DNA of 64,000 bases from an uncultured Candidatus Saccharibacteria bacterium. GTDB lineage: Bacteria; Patescibacteriota; Minisyncoccia; Phycocordibacterales; CAIZLB01. Below the pieces are notes generated by a model that was not told the origin of the DNA, ran no database searches, and worked only from the letters and a program-made list of their open reading frames with translations. Shown piece by piece: positions 28,762-39,280 of this stretch. Positions within the stretch are counted from its first letter, which is position 1. The number at the start of each line of letters is the position of its first letter. The DNA lies in contig CAYQJB010000001.1 in the NCBI GenBank assembly GCA_964417855.1, positions 102,709 to 166,708 of the forward strand, written 5' to 3'. A program made the translations under genes and the position numbers.

Positions 28762-30183
28762 TTATTCAAGCACTACAACATCCCCCTCTTCTGGATGTAC
28801 AGCATTAACTCCATCGTAATCTCTTAGGCGTTGAGCAAGAAACAATGATGCATTAGTCTCTCCCATCACAACAAAAACTTTTTTCACAGTTTCAGCTGTA
28901 TCTTTCACAAATTCAATCAAGTGATCAGAATCCTTATGAGATGAGTATCCATCAATATGTTCTATTCTTGCAGCAATCTTCACAAGTTGATCACCAATTT
29001 CAACTTCACTTGCTCCTTCGCTAATTTTTCTGCCCAAAGTTCCAACGGCTTGATACCCCAAAAACAAGATTGTATTATTTTTATCACCTAAGTAGTTTGC
29101 CTCATGATGAATTATTCTTCCACCATTAGACATTCCAGATCCTGCCATTATAACTTTTGGATTTGGTTCCTTAAGTATCATTTTCGACTGTTCCGCAGAA
29201 TCGCTTATTCTTAGGCCTGGAAAGGCGAAAATATCATGCTTCTTTGAATCTATGGTTGCTTCTGAATTAAAATCCTTTCTCATCTTTCTGTAGATTTCTG
29301 TAACCTTCAAAGCAAGTGGTGAATCTAGATAAATTCTCATTGAAGGAATCTCCTTGTGATCCATAAGTTTATGAATTTCAAATAGAATCTCCTGAGTTTT
29401 CTCTAGAGAAAATGATGGCATAATTAATGTTCCATTTCTATTGAAATTATCAATTAAAACTTTCTTTAGCTTTTCCAATCTTACTTCATTATCCTCATGG
29501 TTTTTATCTCCATAAACACTTTCCATTACCAAATAGTCAGCGTCTGTAATTTTTTCTGTGTCATGCAAAAGTGGTGTTGGACTATTTCCTAGATCTCCTG
29601 TGAAAATAACTTTTCTTGAGTATTCCTTTCCTCCTACCTCCCCCTTGTAAGTAACCTCAAACATTGAAGCACCGAGTATGTGTCCAGAATCTTTTACGTA
29701 AACAGAATAGCCTGGAGCCAGTTCTAGATTTTTGTGATATTCAATTGTTTTCCAATTTTTAAAAGAATCCTCAACATCATGGGCGTCATAAAGCGGAACA
29801 AGTTGCTTTCTTTCTGCATCTTGAGTCACAATTTTAAGAGCGTCAGCTAACATTATTTTTGTAAGAGCTAGCGTTTCCGGAGTGGAATAAATAATGCCTC
29901 TAAAACCTTCTTTTACCAACTTTGGAATTCTTCCTATGTGGTCCATGTGGGAGTGAGTTACTAGCAGAAAATCACAGTCAGCAGGATCATATATAAAATC
30001 TTTATGATTATTAGCATCAGCATCATGACCCCCCTGCTCTAATCCACAATCAACAAGAATACTTGTGCCGTCTGGCCCAGTTAGCAAAAAGTTTGCCCCA
30101 GTTACAGAGCCTACTCCTCCACAAAAAGTTAGTGTTAACTTACCATCTGTATTAACTTTACTGTCCTGTTTTTTATTTGTCAT
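28762..30183 (-). CDS. Metallo-beta-lactamase / beta-CASP family ribonuclease (RNase J / CPSF-like)
   Basis: LVTHSHMDHIG HxHxDH motif, upstream Asp (LVDCG), beta-CASP-length C-terminal half. Confidence 0.7.
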   Translation of the reverse strand: MTNKKQDSKVNTDGKLTLTFCGGVGSVTGANFLLTGPDGTSILVDCGLEQGGHDADANNHKDFIYDPADCDFLLVTHSHMDHIGRIPKLVKEGFRGIIYSTPETLALTKIMLADALKIVTQDAERKQLVPLYDAHDVEDSFKNWKTIEYHKNLELAPGYSVYVKDSGHILGASMFEVTYKGEVGGKEYSRKVIFTGDLGNSPTPLLHDTEKITDADYLVMESVYGDKNHEDNEVRLEKLKKVLIDNFNRNGTLIMPSFSLEKTQEILFEIHKLMDHKEIPSMRIYLDSPLALKVTEIYRKMRKDFNSEATIDSKKHDIFAFPGLRISDSAEQSKMILKEPNPKVIMAGSGMSNGGRIIHHEANYLGDKNNTILFLGYQAVGTLGRKISEGASEVEIGDQLVKIAARIEHIDGYSSHKDSDHLIEFVKDTAETVKKVFVVMGETNASLFLAQRLRDYDGVNAVHPEEGDVVVLE

Positions 30184-30187
30184 GTTT

Positions 30188-30586
30188 TTATTTTTGCTGA
30201 ATTTTTGTTTTATTAAATAAGAATCTCCAAAACCAAATTGATAAAGCTCCTCCGATTATATCATCAATTACATCTTTAATCGTATCTATTCTAGATAATG
30301 GACCAAGCCCGTCTGTAATTCTAAAGTACCATTCAACACATTCCCAAAACACACCAACAGCTATAGCTCCTAAAAAAACCAATAAAACTCTGTTCTTATT
30401 AATTTTACGATTATTAAAGTGCTCAATTCCCGTTTGAACAAATAGTCCAACCATTATTCCACCAAGAATATGCATCGGTATATCAAACCATGGAAAAAGC
30501 CAATAAACTTGGTAAAAATTGGCATAGTAATTCACCGTGATAATAAAAAAAGCTACAAATAATGAAAAGTAAAATTTTGTTCGCAT
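30188..30586 (-). CDS. Small polytopic membrane protein, hypothetical
   Basis: 132 aa with 4 predicted TM helices. Confidence 0.4.
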   Translation of the reverse strand: MRTKFYFSLFVAFFIITVNYYANFYQVYWLFPWFDIPMHILGGIMVGLFVQTGIEHFNNRKINKNRVLLVFLGAIAVGVFWECVEWYFRITDGLGPLSRIDTIKDVIDDIIGGALSIWFWRFLFNKTKIQQK

Positions 30587-30933
30587 AATGATATTAGGCT
30601 TATAATAACATTATTATTTCTGCTAATCTATTTTTCGACAGAAACACAACACCCCTTGCTTTTAGACAAGGGGTGTAATGTGAGATGCTGCAGGTGTCGT
30701 CCCTAGAGATAAACTAGGTGGGTGTTCTACAGTTAAAGCTGAAAGCCTTAAGTGACGCGAACTCCCTGATTAAAAAATCAAGCTAAGTCGACAAATGCGG
30801 CACCTCACCCATCATTATATTCTAATTAACAGTTTTGTAACTATTTACAAAACGATAAAATCTTAGCCTATTTCTGCCGTATATTTCTGCCGTATATTAC
30901 AGGCTCATTAACAAGAATCCGTTTCTATAATAT

Positions 30934-31554
30934 CTACGCCATTAAATCACTGAAATCCTGATACATAATTTGTTCATGAATTGCCTTATATTCTATAACT
31001 TCATTAGAATTAAACCATTGTCCAATTTCAATTTGCGCCTCATCTACTGTACCTGATGCATGTACAACATTTCTAACAGCTCTTGATTGTGCTTCTGCCA
31101 TCTCATAGGAGTCTAAAACGAAGTCACCTCTGATTGTTCCAACATCTGACGTTAGAGGCTCTGTGCCTCCAGTTAATTTTCTAACCACCGAGACCGCATG
31201 AGCTCCCTGCCACACCATTACAACAACAGGCCCCGATGTCATAAAGCTAACTAGTTTATTAAGAATATTATGACCCATTTCAACAGCGTTTGTTGTAGGT
31301 GGTTCTATTCCTTTATCCATAAACGATTTAATACTCTTTGAGCCAGCCTTTTCAAACCACTCTGGGTCATTTGTATAGTGCTTTTGAACCATCTCTCTAT
31401 TTGGAACAGTAAACTTCAAAGCTACCATTTTTAGCCCTACCCTCTCAAACCTCCTAATAACCTCCCCCGTCAAACCTCTCTGTACACCATCTGGCTTAAC
31501 AATAACTAGTGTTTTTTCATTTCTGTGCCCCGTCTCTTTAATTAGAATATCCAT
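30934..31554 (-). CDS. ndk: Nucleoside diphosphate kinase (long form)
   Basis: LVIVKPDGVQRGL, then NVVHASGTVDEA active-site His region. Confidence 0.8.
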   Translation of the reverse strand: MDILIKETGHRNEKTLVIVKPDGVQRGLTGEVIRRFERVGLKMVALKFTVPNREMVQKHYTNDPEWFEKAGSKSIKSFMDKGIEPPTTNAVEMGHNILNKLVSFMTSGPVVVMVWQGAHAVSVVRKLTGGTEPLTSDVGTIRGDFVLDSYEMAEAQSRAVRNVVHASGTVDEAQIEIGQWFNSNEVIEYKAIHEQIMYQDFSDLMA

Positions 31555-31592
31555 ATTTAATTTATTACCTAATAAACTATATGATATTCCTA

Positions 31593-34445
31593 TTAAACCA
31601 AATCAGCAAATGGATTATTTCTTGGGGCGGGAGTTGGTAACTCCTCTTTTTTGAATTTTTTAGCAATTTCCTCCTCAACAACGGCTCTATCTTGACCATA
31701 CTTAAAGTACGAAAGTTCCTTTAGACTTTCAACAATCTCTTTTCTACTGCCAGTTGCCCATGTGAATTCTACACTAAAGGGCCTTACAGGCTTACCATTT
31801 GAAAGCATTTTGAGATACACATTCATATTGTCTATGTTCATAATATCTTTTGCTGTAAAGACTGGAGAGAATTGTTTTTCTAAAATCTCTGCATCCTCAG
31901 CACCAACACGAAGTGCTGCAATTGTTCCTACGTTTCCAAAAACAGAGTCCTTAATTTTATCATCCAACTGACTAATATACTGATTAGCAATATTTAATGA
32001 TAGTTTATATTTTCTAGCCTCAGAAAGAATCGTAGAAATTGAAGGTGTGGTTACGTTTTGGAACTCGTCAATATATAGATAGAATGGAGGAAAATCTTTT
32101 CCAAATGAGTCAACTCTAGAAAGTGCGGCCATCAATATTTTACCAACCAAGACAAGTCCAATTAGTGATGAGTTAATGTCCCCCAATGATCCTTTTGCTA
32201 AGTTAACAAGCAAGATCTTTTTATTATCCATCACATCTCTGAAGTTGAAACTAGATTTTTCTTGCGCGATTATTGGACGCATAATGTCATTAGCAAGGAA
32301 AACGTCAAACTTAGATGTAATATAGGGAACCATGTTAGCAAGTGATGCTTCTCCCCCAGCCTTCTCAGCCTGTTCTGTCCAGAATTGAACAACCACAGGA
32401 TTCTTACATCTTGAAACCTTCAAATCTCTAAACTTTTTATCAGCCATCACTCTTGAAACATCAAGTAATGTACATCCGGTTTCTGGATCTTCAACAACAA
32501 GCATGGTTGCATTTCTAAAGTATTGCTCAAACATTGGACCCATTGATTCAGGGGATCCAGCATATAGTTTTTGAAAAATACCGAACAACTCATTCACCAC
32601 AAATATTTTTTGCTGAGGAATATCTTTATTGTATTCCAACATATTAAGAGCCATAGGCCTATCTACATAACTTGGGTCGAAGTAAATAACATCGTCATAT
32701 CTCTCGGGTGGAATATGAGACAAGATATCTTGGACGTCACTTCCGTGTGGATCTATAAAACAAATACCTTCACCATTTTTAATATCCTGAATCATCATAT
32801 TTTTCAAAAATGAAGACTTACCAGTACCAGTTTGTCCAACGGCATAAAGGTGTCTTAATCTATCCTCCTTACTAAAATAAATTGGGGTCTTTAGATTTCT
32901 GTGAACGTTATCACCTAGATAAATTCCTTCCTTCGATAATCCAACAGGAGCAGGCCCTGTACTTGCTCTTGTTTGTCTTAATTGAGAATCGATAACAACA
33001 CTCTCCACAGGGAAATGCATCACTGTTGTTAACTCCTTCAGGGACAGTGGTAGTATAGTATTTTTATTGAAAACTCTATATGAGAAATCATGAACTAAAT
33101 CAGCAAGAGAAGAATCTTTACTTCTTTTAAAGATTAGTGCATTTCCAAGGGAATTATTAAATTGACTGAACGATGACTCTATTTCAGTAAGCGTAGCATC
33201 CGCCTTCTCTCTACTTGCTGCAGAAACAATAATTCTAATATTCGATTCTATTACGGGCGAAGATAGTTTATTGGTTATTTGCTCAACAGCAATAGTATCA
33301 ACAGGTTTTGGCTTGTCGCCTTCATCTTTCTTCTGACCCAGAATCATTTCTTTCCAAACTGTTTTAAACTCTTGTTTTGCAGTCTTTTTCAATTCGCCCA
33401 TTACTGTGTGTTGAATATCAATTGCGTCCTTTAACTTATCTCCTTTTTGAATATCATTCAATGACTTTCTGTAAATTTTATTATAGTAGTCCCCGATTGG
33501 ATTAAAGATGACTTGAATTGCTGCCCCTTCACCAAATTTATCCATTTTACTAAAAGTATTCAAAATAACATTCAATGGATCATAATCAAATTGTTCGTAA
33601 GTTTTGATTGGATAAACTTCTTTTTTAGAAAGAGTCGCTTCTGATCCTAAGGTAACTCCATCTGGATTAAAGATATTATATTCATCCTTCTTTTCTACAA
33701 TTTTTGCATCTGGAAATATTGAAAGAAATTGTTTTTCAAAAAGTTGGTTTTTCTTGTCCGGAATTGCAACATAGAAGATAAATTCTTCACCTCCTTCTGA
33801 CATTGATAGCTCAATTGAAAATTGATCACTTTCATCTGTTTGCCCTGTAGAACCACCACCAGAGACAGCAAGCATTCCGGCATAGAATTGCTCCATTGAT
33901 GACAACAACTCCTTAAGAGGGCGCTTAGAATCGCCATCCTTACTCTTATTTTCAGGAAGTTGAATCTCATATACTGTCTTTCTCAAAATATTATCAAGAG
34001 GACTTTTTCCCTTAAGCCCAGGAGTTACATAACCTTTCTTAACATACTCCACAAGAAACCTATGAAAATCACTATCGATATGAGGACTACCAAAACCTCT
34101 GGCGATGTTCACGGCATTTAGAATCCCCTTCTCCAGAAGAATAGTCAGCAACTCCTCCATTTTCTTATCATGAGTTTCTGGAGTTAAATCTAAAATAATT
34201 TCTTCTGCCTTTGAATCAGCTATTTGAAAATCTTCATGCAAAACTTTTTTAGCATCAGCTAAAGTATAGTCTTGTATTTCTCTTTCTATCAAATCTTCTT
34301 TCTGCTCAAATCTCTCAGGACTTTCTGGGTGAGAAGTCAGGCCCGATTCTTTCTTGGCAATTAATGCCCTTAAATATTCCAACTCCTCTTGTGGAGAAGA
34401 AAAATTTTTACCTTCATGAGTTTCATTTGAAAAATTTGGTTCCAT
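31593..34445 (-). CDS. Large soluble P-loop ATPase of the FtsK/HerA/VirD4 (TraD-like, AAA_10/DUF87) superfamily with unique about 500-aa N-terminal region
   Basis: Walker A RHLYAVGQTGTGKSSFL followed by ICFIDPHGSD (compare T4CP xLDPKGD). Walker B FYLYIDEFQNV. ILSEARKYKLSLNIANQYISQL (compare REGRKYGxxLxLATQ). No TM helices. Confidence 0.55.
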   Translation of the reverse strand: MEPNFSNETHEGKNFSSPQEELEYLRALIAKKESGLTSHPESPERFEQKEDLIEREIQDYTLADAKKVLHEDFQIADSKAEEIILDLTPETHDKKMEELLTILLEKGILNAVNIARGFGSPHIDSDFHRFLVEYVKKGYVTPGLKGKSPLDNILRKTVYEIQLPENKSKDGDSKRPLKELLSSMEQFYAGMLAVSGGGSTGQTDESDQFSIELSMSEGGEEFIFYVAIPDKKNQLFEKQFLSIFPDAKIVEKKDEYNIFNPDGVTLGSEATLSKKEVYPIKTYEQFDYDPLNVILNTFSKMDKFGEGAAIQVIFNPIGDYYNKIYRKSLNDIQKGDKLKDAIDIQHTVMGELKKTAKQEFKTVWKEMILGQKKDEGDKPKPVDTIAVEQITNKLSSPVIESNIRIIVSAASREKADATLTEIESSFSQFNNSLGNALIFKRSKDSSLADLVHDFSYRVFNKNTILPLSLKELTTVMHFPVESVVIDSQLRQTRASTGPAPVGLSKEGIYLGDNVHRNLKTPIYFSKEDRLRHLYAVGQTGTGKSSFLKNMMIQDIKNGEGICFIDPHGSDVQDILSHIPPERYDDVIYFDPSYVDRPMALNMLEYNKDIPQQKIFVVNELFGIFQKLYAGSPESMGPMFEQYFRNATMLVVEDPETGCTLLDVSRVMADKKFRDLKVSRCKNPVVVQFWTEQAEKAGGEASLANMVPYITSKFDVFLANDIMRPIIAQEKSSFNFRDVMDNKKILLVNLAKGSLGDINSSLIGLVLVGKILMAALSRVDSFGKDFPPFYLYIDEFQNVTTPSISTILSEARKYKLSLNIANQYISQLDDKIKDSVFGNVGTIAALRVGAEDAEILEKQFSPVFTAKDIMNIDNMNVYLKMLSNGKPVRPFSVEFTWATGSRKEIVESLKELSYFKYGQDRAVVEEEIAKKFKKEELPTPAPRNNPFADLV

Positions 34446-34453
34446 TAACTATA

Positions 34454-35290
34454 TTATATAGTGGTCAACACTTCTGCGCCAGAGTCTGTAATCAAAATAG
34501 TATGCTCAGAATGAGTTGCTCTTTTTCCATCCTTTGTTCTGTATGTATAACCATCGTCATCAATTTTAACAACACCCTTTCCTTCTGCAATAATTGGCTC
34601 AATTGCAATAACCATTCCAGGTTTTAAAATTACACCTTGCCCTTTCATTCCATAATTGGGAATAAATGGATCTTCATGAACAGAATATCCAACACCATGT
34701 CCTCCAAATATTTCTACAATATTAAAGCCATATGTTTTTCTATAAAATGCTAACGCCTTTTCTACAGCATATCCAACGTCACCCGTTTTAATCCCTTTAG
34801 GATGGTCCTTTGGCCAATTCTTTAATGCCTCTATTGCAGCATCAAGACAAGCCTCTCCAGACTCTATTAGTTTTCTTCCTTTAATATCCACCTCGCCAAC
34901 GGGGATTGTAATAGCGGCGTCAACAAAAAGGTTCTTATATGAAATACCCATGTCCAATGTAAGTACATCTCCTTCCTTTATGATAAAAGGTCTTTCATTT
35001 GGAATACCATGAACAACTACATCATTGCAAGACAAACAAAGTGCAGCAGGATATGGACGGTGAGCAATAGCTGGGGTGTATCCTAGAAATGATGGCACAG
35101 CGTCCTCTGCCTCAGTTAGTTCCCGTGCCAAATCCTCAAGCTCAGAAGATGACATATTGATTCTTACAGACTTCTTCAGGGAATCAAGAACGCGAGCCAG
35201 TTTCTCTCCAGCAACCCTTAGAATAGCAATGTCTTCTAATGGCTTAATAGTTGTTGTTTTTAAAGGCTTTTTTGGCGATGTCTTTGTCAT
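34454..35290 (-). CDS. map: Methionine aminopeptidase type I
   Basis: Pita-bread fold motifs KEGDVLTLDMG, GHGVGYSVHEDP, MVIAIEPII. Confidence 0.9.
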   Translation of the reverse strand: MTKTSPKKPLKTTTIKPLEDIAILRVAGEKLARVLDSLKKSVRINMSSSELEDLARELTEAEDAVPSFLGYTPAIAHRPYPAALCLSCNDVVVHGIPNERPFIIKEGDVLTLDMGISYKNLFVDAAITIPVGEVDIKGRKLIESGEACLDAAIEALKNWPKDHPKGIKTGDVGYAVEKALAFYRKTYGFNIVEIFGGHGVGYSVHEDPFIPNYGMKGQGVILKPGMVIAIEPIIAEGKGVVKIDDDGYTYRTKDGKRATHSEHTILITDSGAEVLTTI

Positions 35291-35375
35291 ATATATTACT
35301 TTACTCCTAAAGATACTAAATTACTAGCAGGCCGCTTCCACCCTATAATTACAAGGCGGCCTTTACAAAATCAGA

Positions 35376-35972
35376 TTACCAGCTTAACTGAGCTGTTATA
35401 TCAATAAATACTTTCTCAATTGTTTGCTCTCCATCCACCTCTATAAACTGATAACCTGGGTGAGATTTGAAATAATTAATAGCAGGAATCACCTCAGTAT
35501 CAAACCAAGATAGTCTTCTTTCAAGAACTTCAGGCTGTATATCATCAGCTCTTCCTCTAAGGACTAATCTCTTTCTTGAGTGATCTTTATTTACATTAAT
35601 ATAAATAACAGTTGGTTTTGCAATTTTATAAAAGTCTATTGCTGTATCAAAAATAACAGCCTCTTGATATGAACGGGGCATACCATCTACAATCAAATGT
35701 TTCTCTGAATCCATTTGATCCACAAAAACTGAGGCCCAATTCCAAATAGCCAAAAAATCTGGTTGCCTTTCTCCATCCTGCAAAAGCTTAGCAGCGAGTT
35801 TGTTTGAATATTTATCACCCTTAATGAACTCACGAAACTTTGCACCAGTTTCAAGATAGAATGTTGGTCTTTTTTCTGGATCTCTTATTTCAATTTCCTG
35901 AATCAAAAGCTTGGCTTGTGTTCCCTTTCCACATCCAGATCTACCAATAAAAATAAAAGTACGTTGTGACAT
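35376..35972 (-). CDS. adk: Adenylate kinase
   Basis: P-loop IGRSGCGKGTQA, LIVDGMPRSYQEA NMP-binding motif, LID LRGRADD. Confidence 0.7.
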   Translation of the reverse strand: MSQRTFIFIGRSGCGKGTQAKLLIQEIEIRDPEKRPTFYLETGAKFREFIKGDKYSNKLAAKLLQDGERQPDFLAIWNWASVFVDQMDSEKHLIVDGMPRSYQEAVIFDTAIDFYKIAKPTVIYINVNKDHSRKRLVLRGRADDIQPEVLERRLSWFDTEVIPAINYFKSHPGYQFIEVDGEQTIEKVFIDITAQLSW

Positions 35973-36032
35973 ACTTTTATTATCGCATATATTTTGTTAA
36001 ATCGAAACTTTTATTGGTCTACCCGATTTTAA

Positions 36033-37844
36033 TTATTTTTCAGTAGAAACAGCATTAGAATAACAAGTACTCGTACCCACGACAACAAACTTATCCACTG
36101 CGTCTTTTGATAATTCATCTATTCCTAAGCCTAAACAAAATAATCTGTGTGTACCGACTGAAACAGATTCTGTAGAAGAACTATTTATTTTATTACCTAC
36201 AACAGCTAAGGCGTCTGGTTGTACTGAAACCTGACCATATTTATTTCTTACATAACACTTTGTAACATTCTCAACCTGTAGCTGTATTGGGCATTTTTTG
36301 CCTTCATCTACTGTATTTGGGATAACTTTGAAGGACTTAACATTTATCTTAGGAAGTAAGACTGTGGTGTCAAAACCATTATTCCCTCTTCCGTCAATCC
36401 ACCCTATCTTGTCTGTATTATTTGTTCCATCCTTATTACAATCAGGTGATGTTGTCTCTGAAGGTTTCCAATCTGTTCCAACACAGGAAAATCTCGTTAC
36501 AATACCGTTATAACAATAACTAGTCTTTCTAGACGTTCTACATCCAATCTGTGCTGTACAACTATTTGAACCGCTTACTCCGTCACTATCTGTTACGGTT
36601 ACGGAAGGACCTGAATGTCCACCGTATGTATCATAACCTGCGGTAGTGAAGTTTACCCCACCATTTGCAGGTGTTCCCAAGACTCCTGACCAGGTGTAAG
36701 TAGGAGTAAGAACACCAGATGGTGACGCTGTGTATGTAACGGGTTTATTAATTCCAACAGGATCAGGATTTAAGCAAGATACAGTCACGGGAACTCGATA
36801 GTCGCAAGTACCCGATGTAGCGCCACCGTTTGAACCAGCACATGTCCAACTGTTATGAACACCAGAAAGACTGACGCCATTGGACGATCCAGAGGAGCAA
36901 GCACCAGCTGACCCAGTTCCACAGACACCAGCAATAGGAGGTGTAACCACACCAGTTCCGCCTGTGCCACCAGAAGTGCCACCACCATTACAACCCTTAG
37001 CCATAAAACCCCCGACACCAACAGAATCTAAAACTCCACAAGAAAACACATCTGCTACAGTCTGCACAATTTTAGACACAACGTTTGTTACGGCTTTCCA
37101 GAGACTCTTAAACCAACTTGCATGAGCTGTTTTTGGCAGAAAAATATAGGCTAGCCCATTATTACCATATAAAACTGATTGTGTAAAAGTGAGATGTTCC
37201 TCTGGTTCTGAAATAGTTTTACTTAGAATACTGTTTACAATATTCTTATACGGCTGATAATCGGCAAGGTTCTTAAATGACTCAGTACTTTTTTTACTTT
37301 GGAAGAAAGATTTTACAACAAAATTTGCAGCAGGATCAACTCCTTCTGAAGCGCTCTGTATAGCAAGCACAGCTTTATCATTTTGTTTAAGATCATTATA
37401 CACAAAAGCTTGACCCATGTAAGCAACAGAAATCATAAGAGGTTTGGTTTCTCTATCTATACCTTGATCTTTTGGAATTGACTCAATTAGTAATTGTCTA
37501 GCTGAAAGTGATTCATCAAATTTACCTATCTCATAATAAATACCAGAAAGATCAGCATATGCTATTGAATTATTTGGATTAAGCTCAATAGCTTTTTTGA
37601 TATTTTTTAGAGCACTCACATAATCTTTTTTTACAGAGTCTGAACGACTCATTTCAAGATACTTTTGTGATGAAACGCTGTCAACAGAAGATAAAGGGTT
37701 AGTCTTAGCTATATCAGATTTGACGGCCAACTTTTCTAAATCTACTAGTGAATTACTAGATAGATTAGATTTATAATAAACAACTGATCCCCCAGCAACA
37801 ATTATAGCTATCGAAAACAAAACAACATACTTTTTAATATTCAT
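36033..37844 (-). CDS. Membrane-anchored TPR-repeat protein with Cys/Gly/Ser/Thr-rich PKD/Ig-like C-terminal repeats (surface protein)
   Basis: N-terminal TM. TPR-like ALKNIKKAIELNPNNSIAYADLSGIYYEIGKFDES. C-terminal VTYTASPSGVLTPTYTWSG and VTVTDSDGVSGSNSCT beta-sandwich-like repeats. Confidence 0.5.
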   Translation of the reverse strand: MNIKKYVVLFSIAIIVAGGSVVYYKSNLSSNSLVDLEKLAVKSDIAKTNPLSSVDSVSSQKYLEMSRSDSVKKDYVSALKNIKKAIELNPNNSIAYADLSGIYYEIGKFDESLSARQLLIESIPKDQGIDRETKPLMISVAYMGQAFVYNDLKQNDKAVLAIQSASEGVDPAANFVVKSFFQSKKSTESFKNLADYQPYKNIVNSILSKTISEPEEHLTFTQSVLYGNNGLAYIFLPKTAHASWFKSLWKAVTNVVSKIVQTVADVFSCGVLDSVGVGGFMAKGCNGGGTSGGTGGTGVVTPPIAGVCGTGSAGACSSGSSNGVSLSGVHNSWTCAGSNGGATSGTCDYRVPVTVSCLNPDPVGINKPVTYTASPSGVLTPTYTWSGVLGTPANGGVNFTTAGYDTYGGHSGPSVTVTDSDGVSGSNSCTAQIGCRTSRKTSYCYNGIVTRFSCVGTDWKPSETTSPDCNKDGTNNTDKIGWIDGRGNNGFDTTVLLPKINVKSFKVIPNTVDEGKKCPIQLQVENVTKCYVRNKYGQVSVQPDALAVVGNKINSSSTESVSVGTHRLFCLGLGIDELSKDAVDKFVVVGTSTCYSNAVSTEK

Positions 37845-37903
37845 GTTTTAATTATAACTATAAAATATTTTATATACAATCAGATGTTTTTTCTTGCACA
37901 TTA

Positions 37904-37926
37904 AAAGACGCCCTTAGGGCGTCTTT
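37904..37926 (-). terminator. Intrinsic terminator downstream of secY (aaagacgccc tta gggcgtcttt + T-run on minus strand)
   Basis: Perfect 10-bp stem. Confidence 0.6.
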
Positions 37927-37955
37927 TAAATCATATAACTTTTACAAGGGCTATC

Positions 37956-39230
37956 CTAGTATTCTCTCATTGCCAATTGTGCATCCACCTTTTTAATTAG
38001 ATCAATAACAACTTGAACAACAATCAAAAGAGATGTTCCACCAATTGTTAATATCTTTATATTGGTTACAGCTTGAAGAACAGGAGGAAGAACCGCGATT
38101 AATCCTAGGAACAACGCACCAACAAGAGTCAGTCTTCCAACCATCTTAGCCAAATGCTCAGTTGTAGGATCTCCAGGTCTAACTCCAGGAATGAAAGCTC
38201 CACCCTTTTGTAGGTTCTCTGAGATTGTCTTTGGATCAAAAGTTACAGCTGTATAGAAATATGTAAAGAAGAATACTAATACAAAGTAAAGTCCTGAATA
38301 TATCCAAGGATTTTGCATCAGTGATGCCAAAACTTTTGAAGCTTCAGCAATCATTGGATTTCCAGTATATGCAAGCATATTGAATACCATTTGAGGTAAC
38401 AACAAGATAGACAATGCAAAGATAATTGGAATAACACCAGCTTGGTTTAGTCTAAATGGAAGGTATGTTGATGAACCACCATAAATCTTACCCCCTCTAA
38501 CCTGCTTAGCATAAGTTACAGGCACAGGCCTCTCTGCCTCAGTAATATAGACAACACCAAGTATTGCAGCTAAACCTATCACAGCCATAGCTATGAACAT
38601 TGGTATTTGTGAAGCGTCTGTGTAAATGTATTGTAATTGTCCAAAGGCTTGTGGAATCTTACTTACGATACCTGCAAAGATTATAAGTGAAACACCGTTT
38701 CCAATACCAAACTCTGAAACAAGCTCACCAATCCACATAAGAATCATAGAACCTCCTACAATGATAGCTACGTTTGTAATCAAACTTAGTCCACCAAGAT
38801 GACCAACAATGTTTTCCTTTTGTAAAAGCGCCAGGAAACCAAAACCCTCAACAACAGCAAGTGGTATAGTTAGAGCTCTAGAATAGAAGCTAAACTTTTT
38901 TCTTCCAACATCACCCTCTTCTGAAATCATTGACTTCATTTTAGGTGAAAGCATTGTACTCAATTGCATTATAATTGAGGCTGTAATGTAAGGACTTACT
39001 CCAAGCATTACAATTGAAAGAGTTGAAAGTCCCCCTCCTGAGAACATACTCATAAGACCGAAGAACTGATTATTATTTAAAAAGTTATCAAGAACAGCTT
39101 GATTAACACCAGGAATTGGAATGTTAGCAAATAATCTAAAGACCAAAAGAGCACCTAGTACAAAAAGAATTTTATTACGCAGACTTTTGTCTGAAAAAAG
39201 ATGCTTAAGTTTTAGAAGAAATTTTTCCAT
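37956..39230 (-). CDS. secY: Preprotein translocase subunit SecY
   Basis: 10-TM topology. Conserved SecY segments (GVSPYITASIIMQL, GGTSLLIVV). Confidence 0.9.
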   Translation of the reverse strand: MEKFLLKLKHLFSDKSLRNKILFVLGALLVFRLFANIPIPGVNQAVLDNFLNNNQFFGLMSMFSGGGLSTLSIVMLGVSPYITASIIMQLSTMLSPKMKSMISEEGDVGRKKFSFYSRALTIPLAVVEGFGFLALLQKENIVGHLGGLSLITNVAIIVGGSMILMWIGELVSEFGIGNGVSLIIFAGIVSKIPQAFGQLQYIYTDASQIPMFIAMAVIGLAAILGVVYITEAERPVPVTYAKQVRGGKIYGGSSTYLPFRLNQAGVIPIIFALSILLLPQMVFNMLAYTGNPMIAEASKVLASLMQNPWIYSGLYFVLVFFFTYFYTAVTFDPKTISENLQKGGAFIPGVRPGDPTTEHLAKMVGRLTLVGALFLGLIAVLPPVLQAVTNIKILTIGGTSLLIVVQVVIDLIKKVDAQLAMREY

Positions 39231-39280
39231 ATTTTTTGGTCAGAACTGACCGATTATTACAATAATTAACTGAAAACTTA

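Noticed and set aside
36785-37125. 78-aa (-) and 81-aa (+) ORFs
   Set aside because: Alternative frames inside the GC-rich Gly/Ser/Thr-repeat region of the PKD/TPR protein gene.
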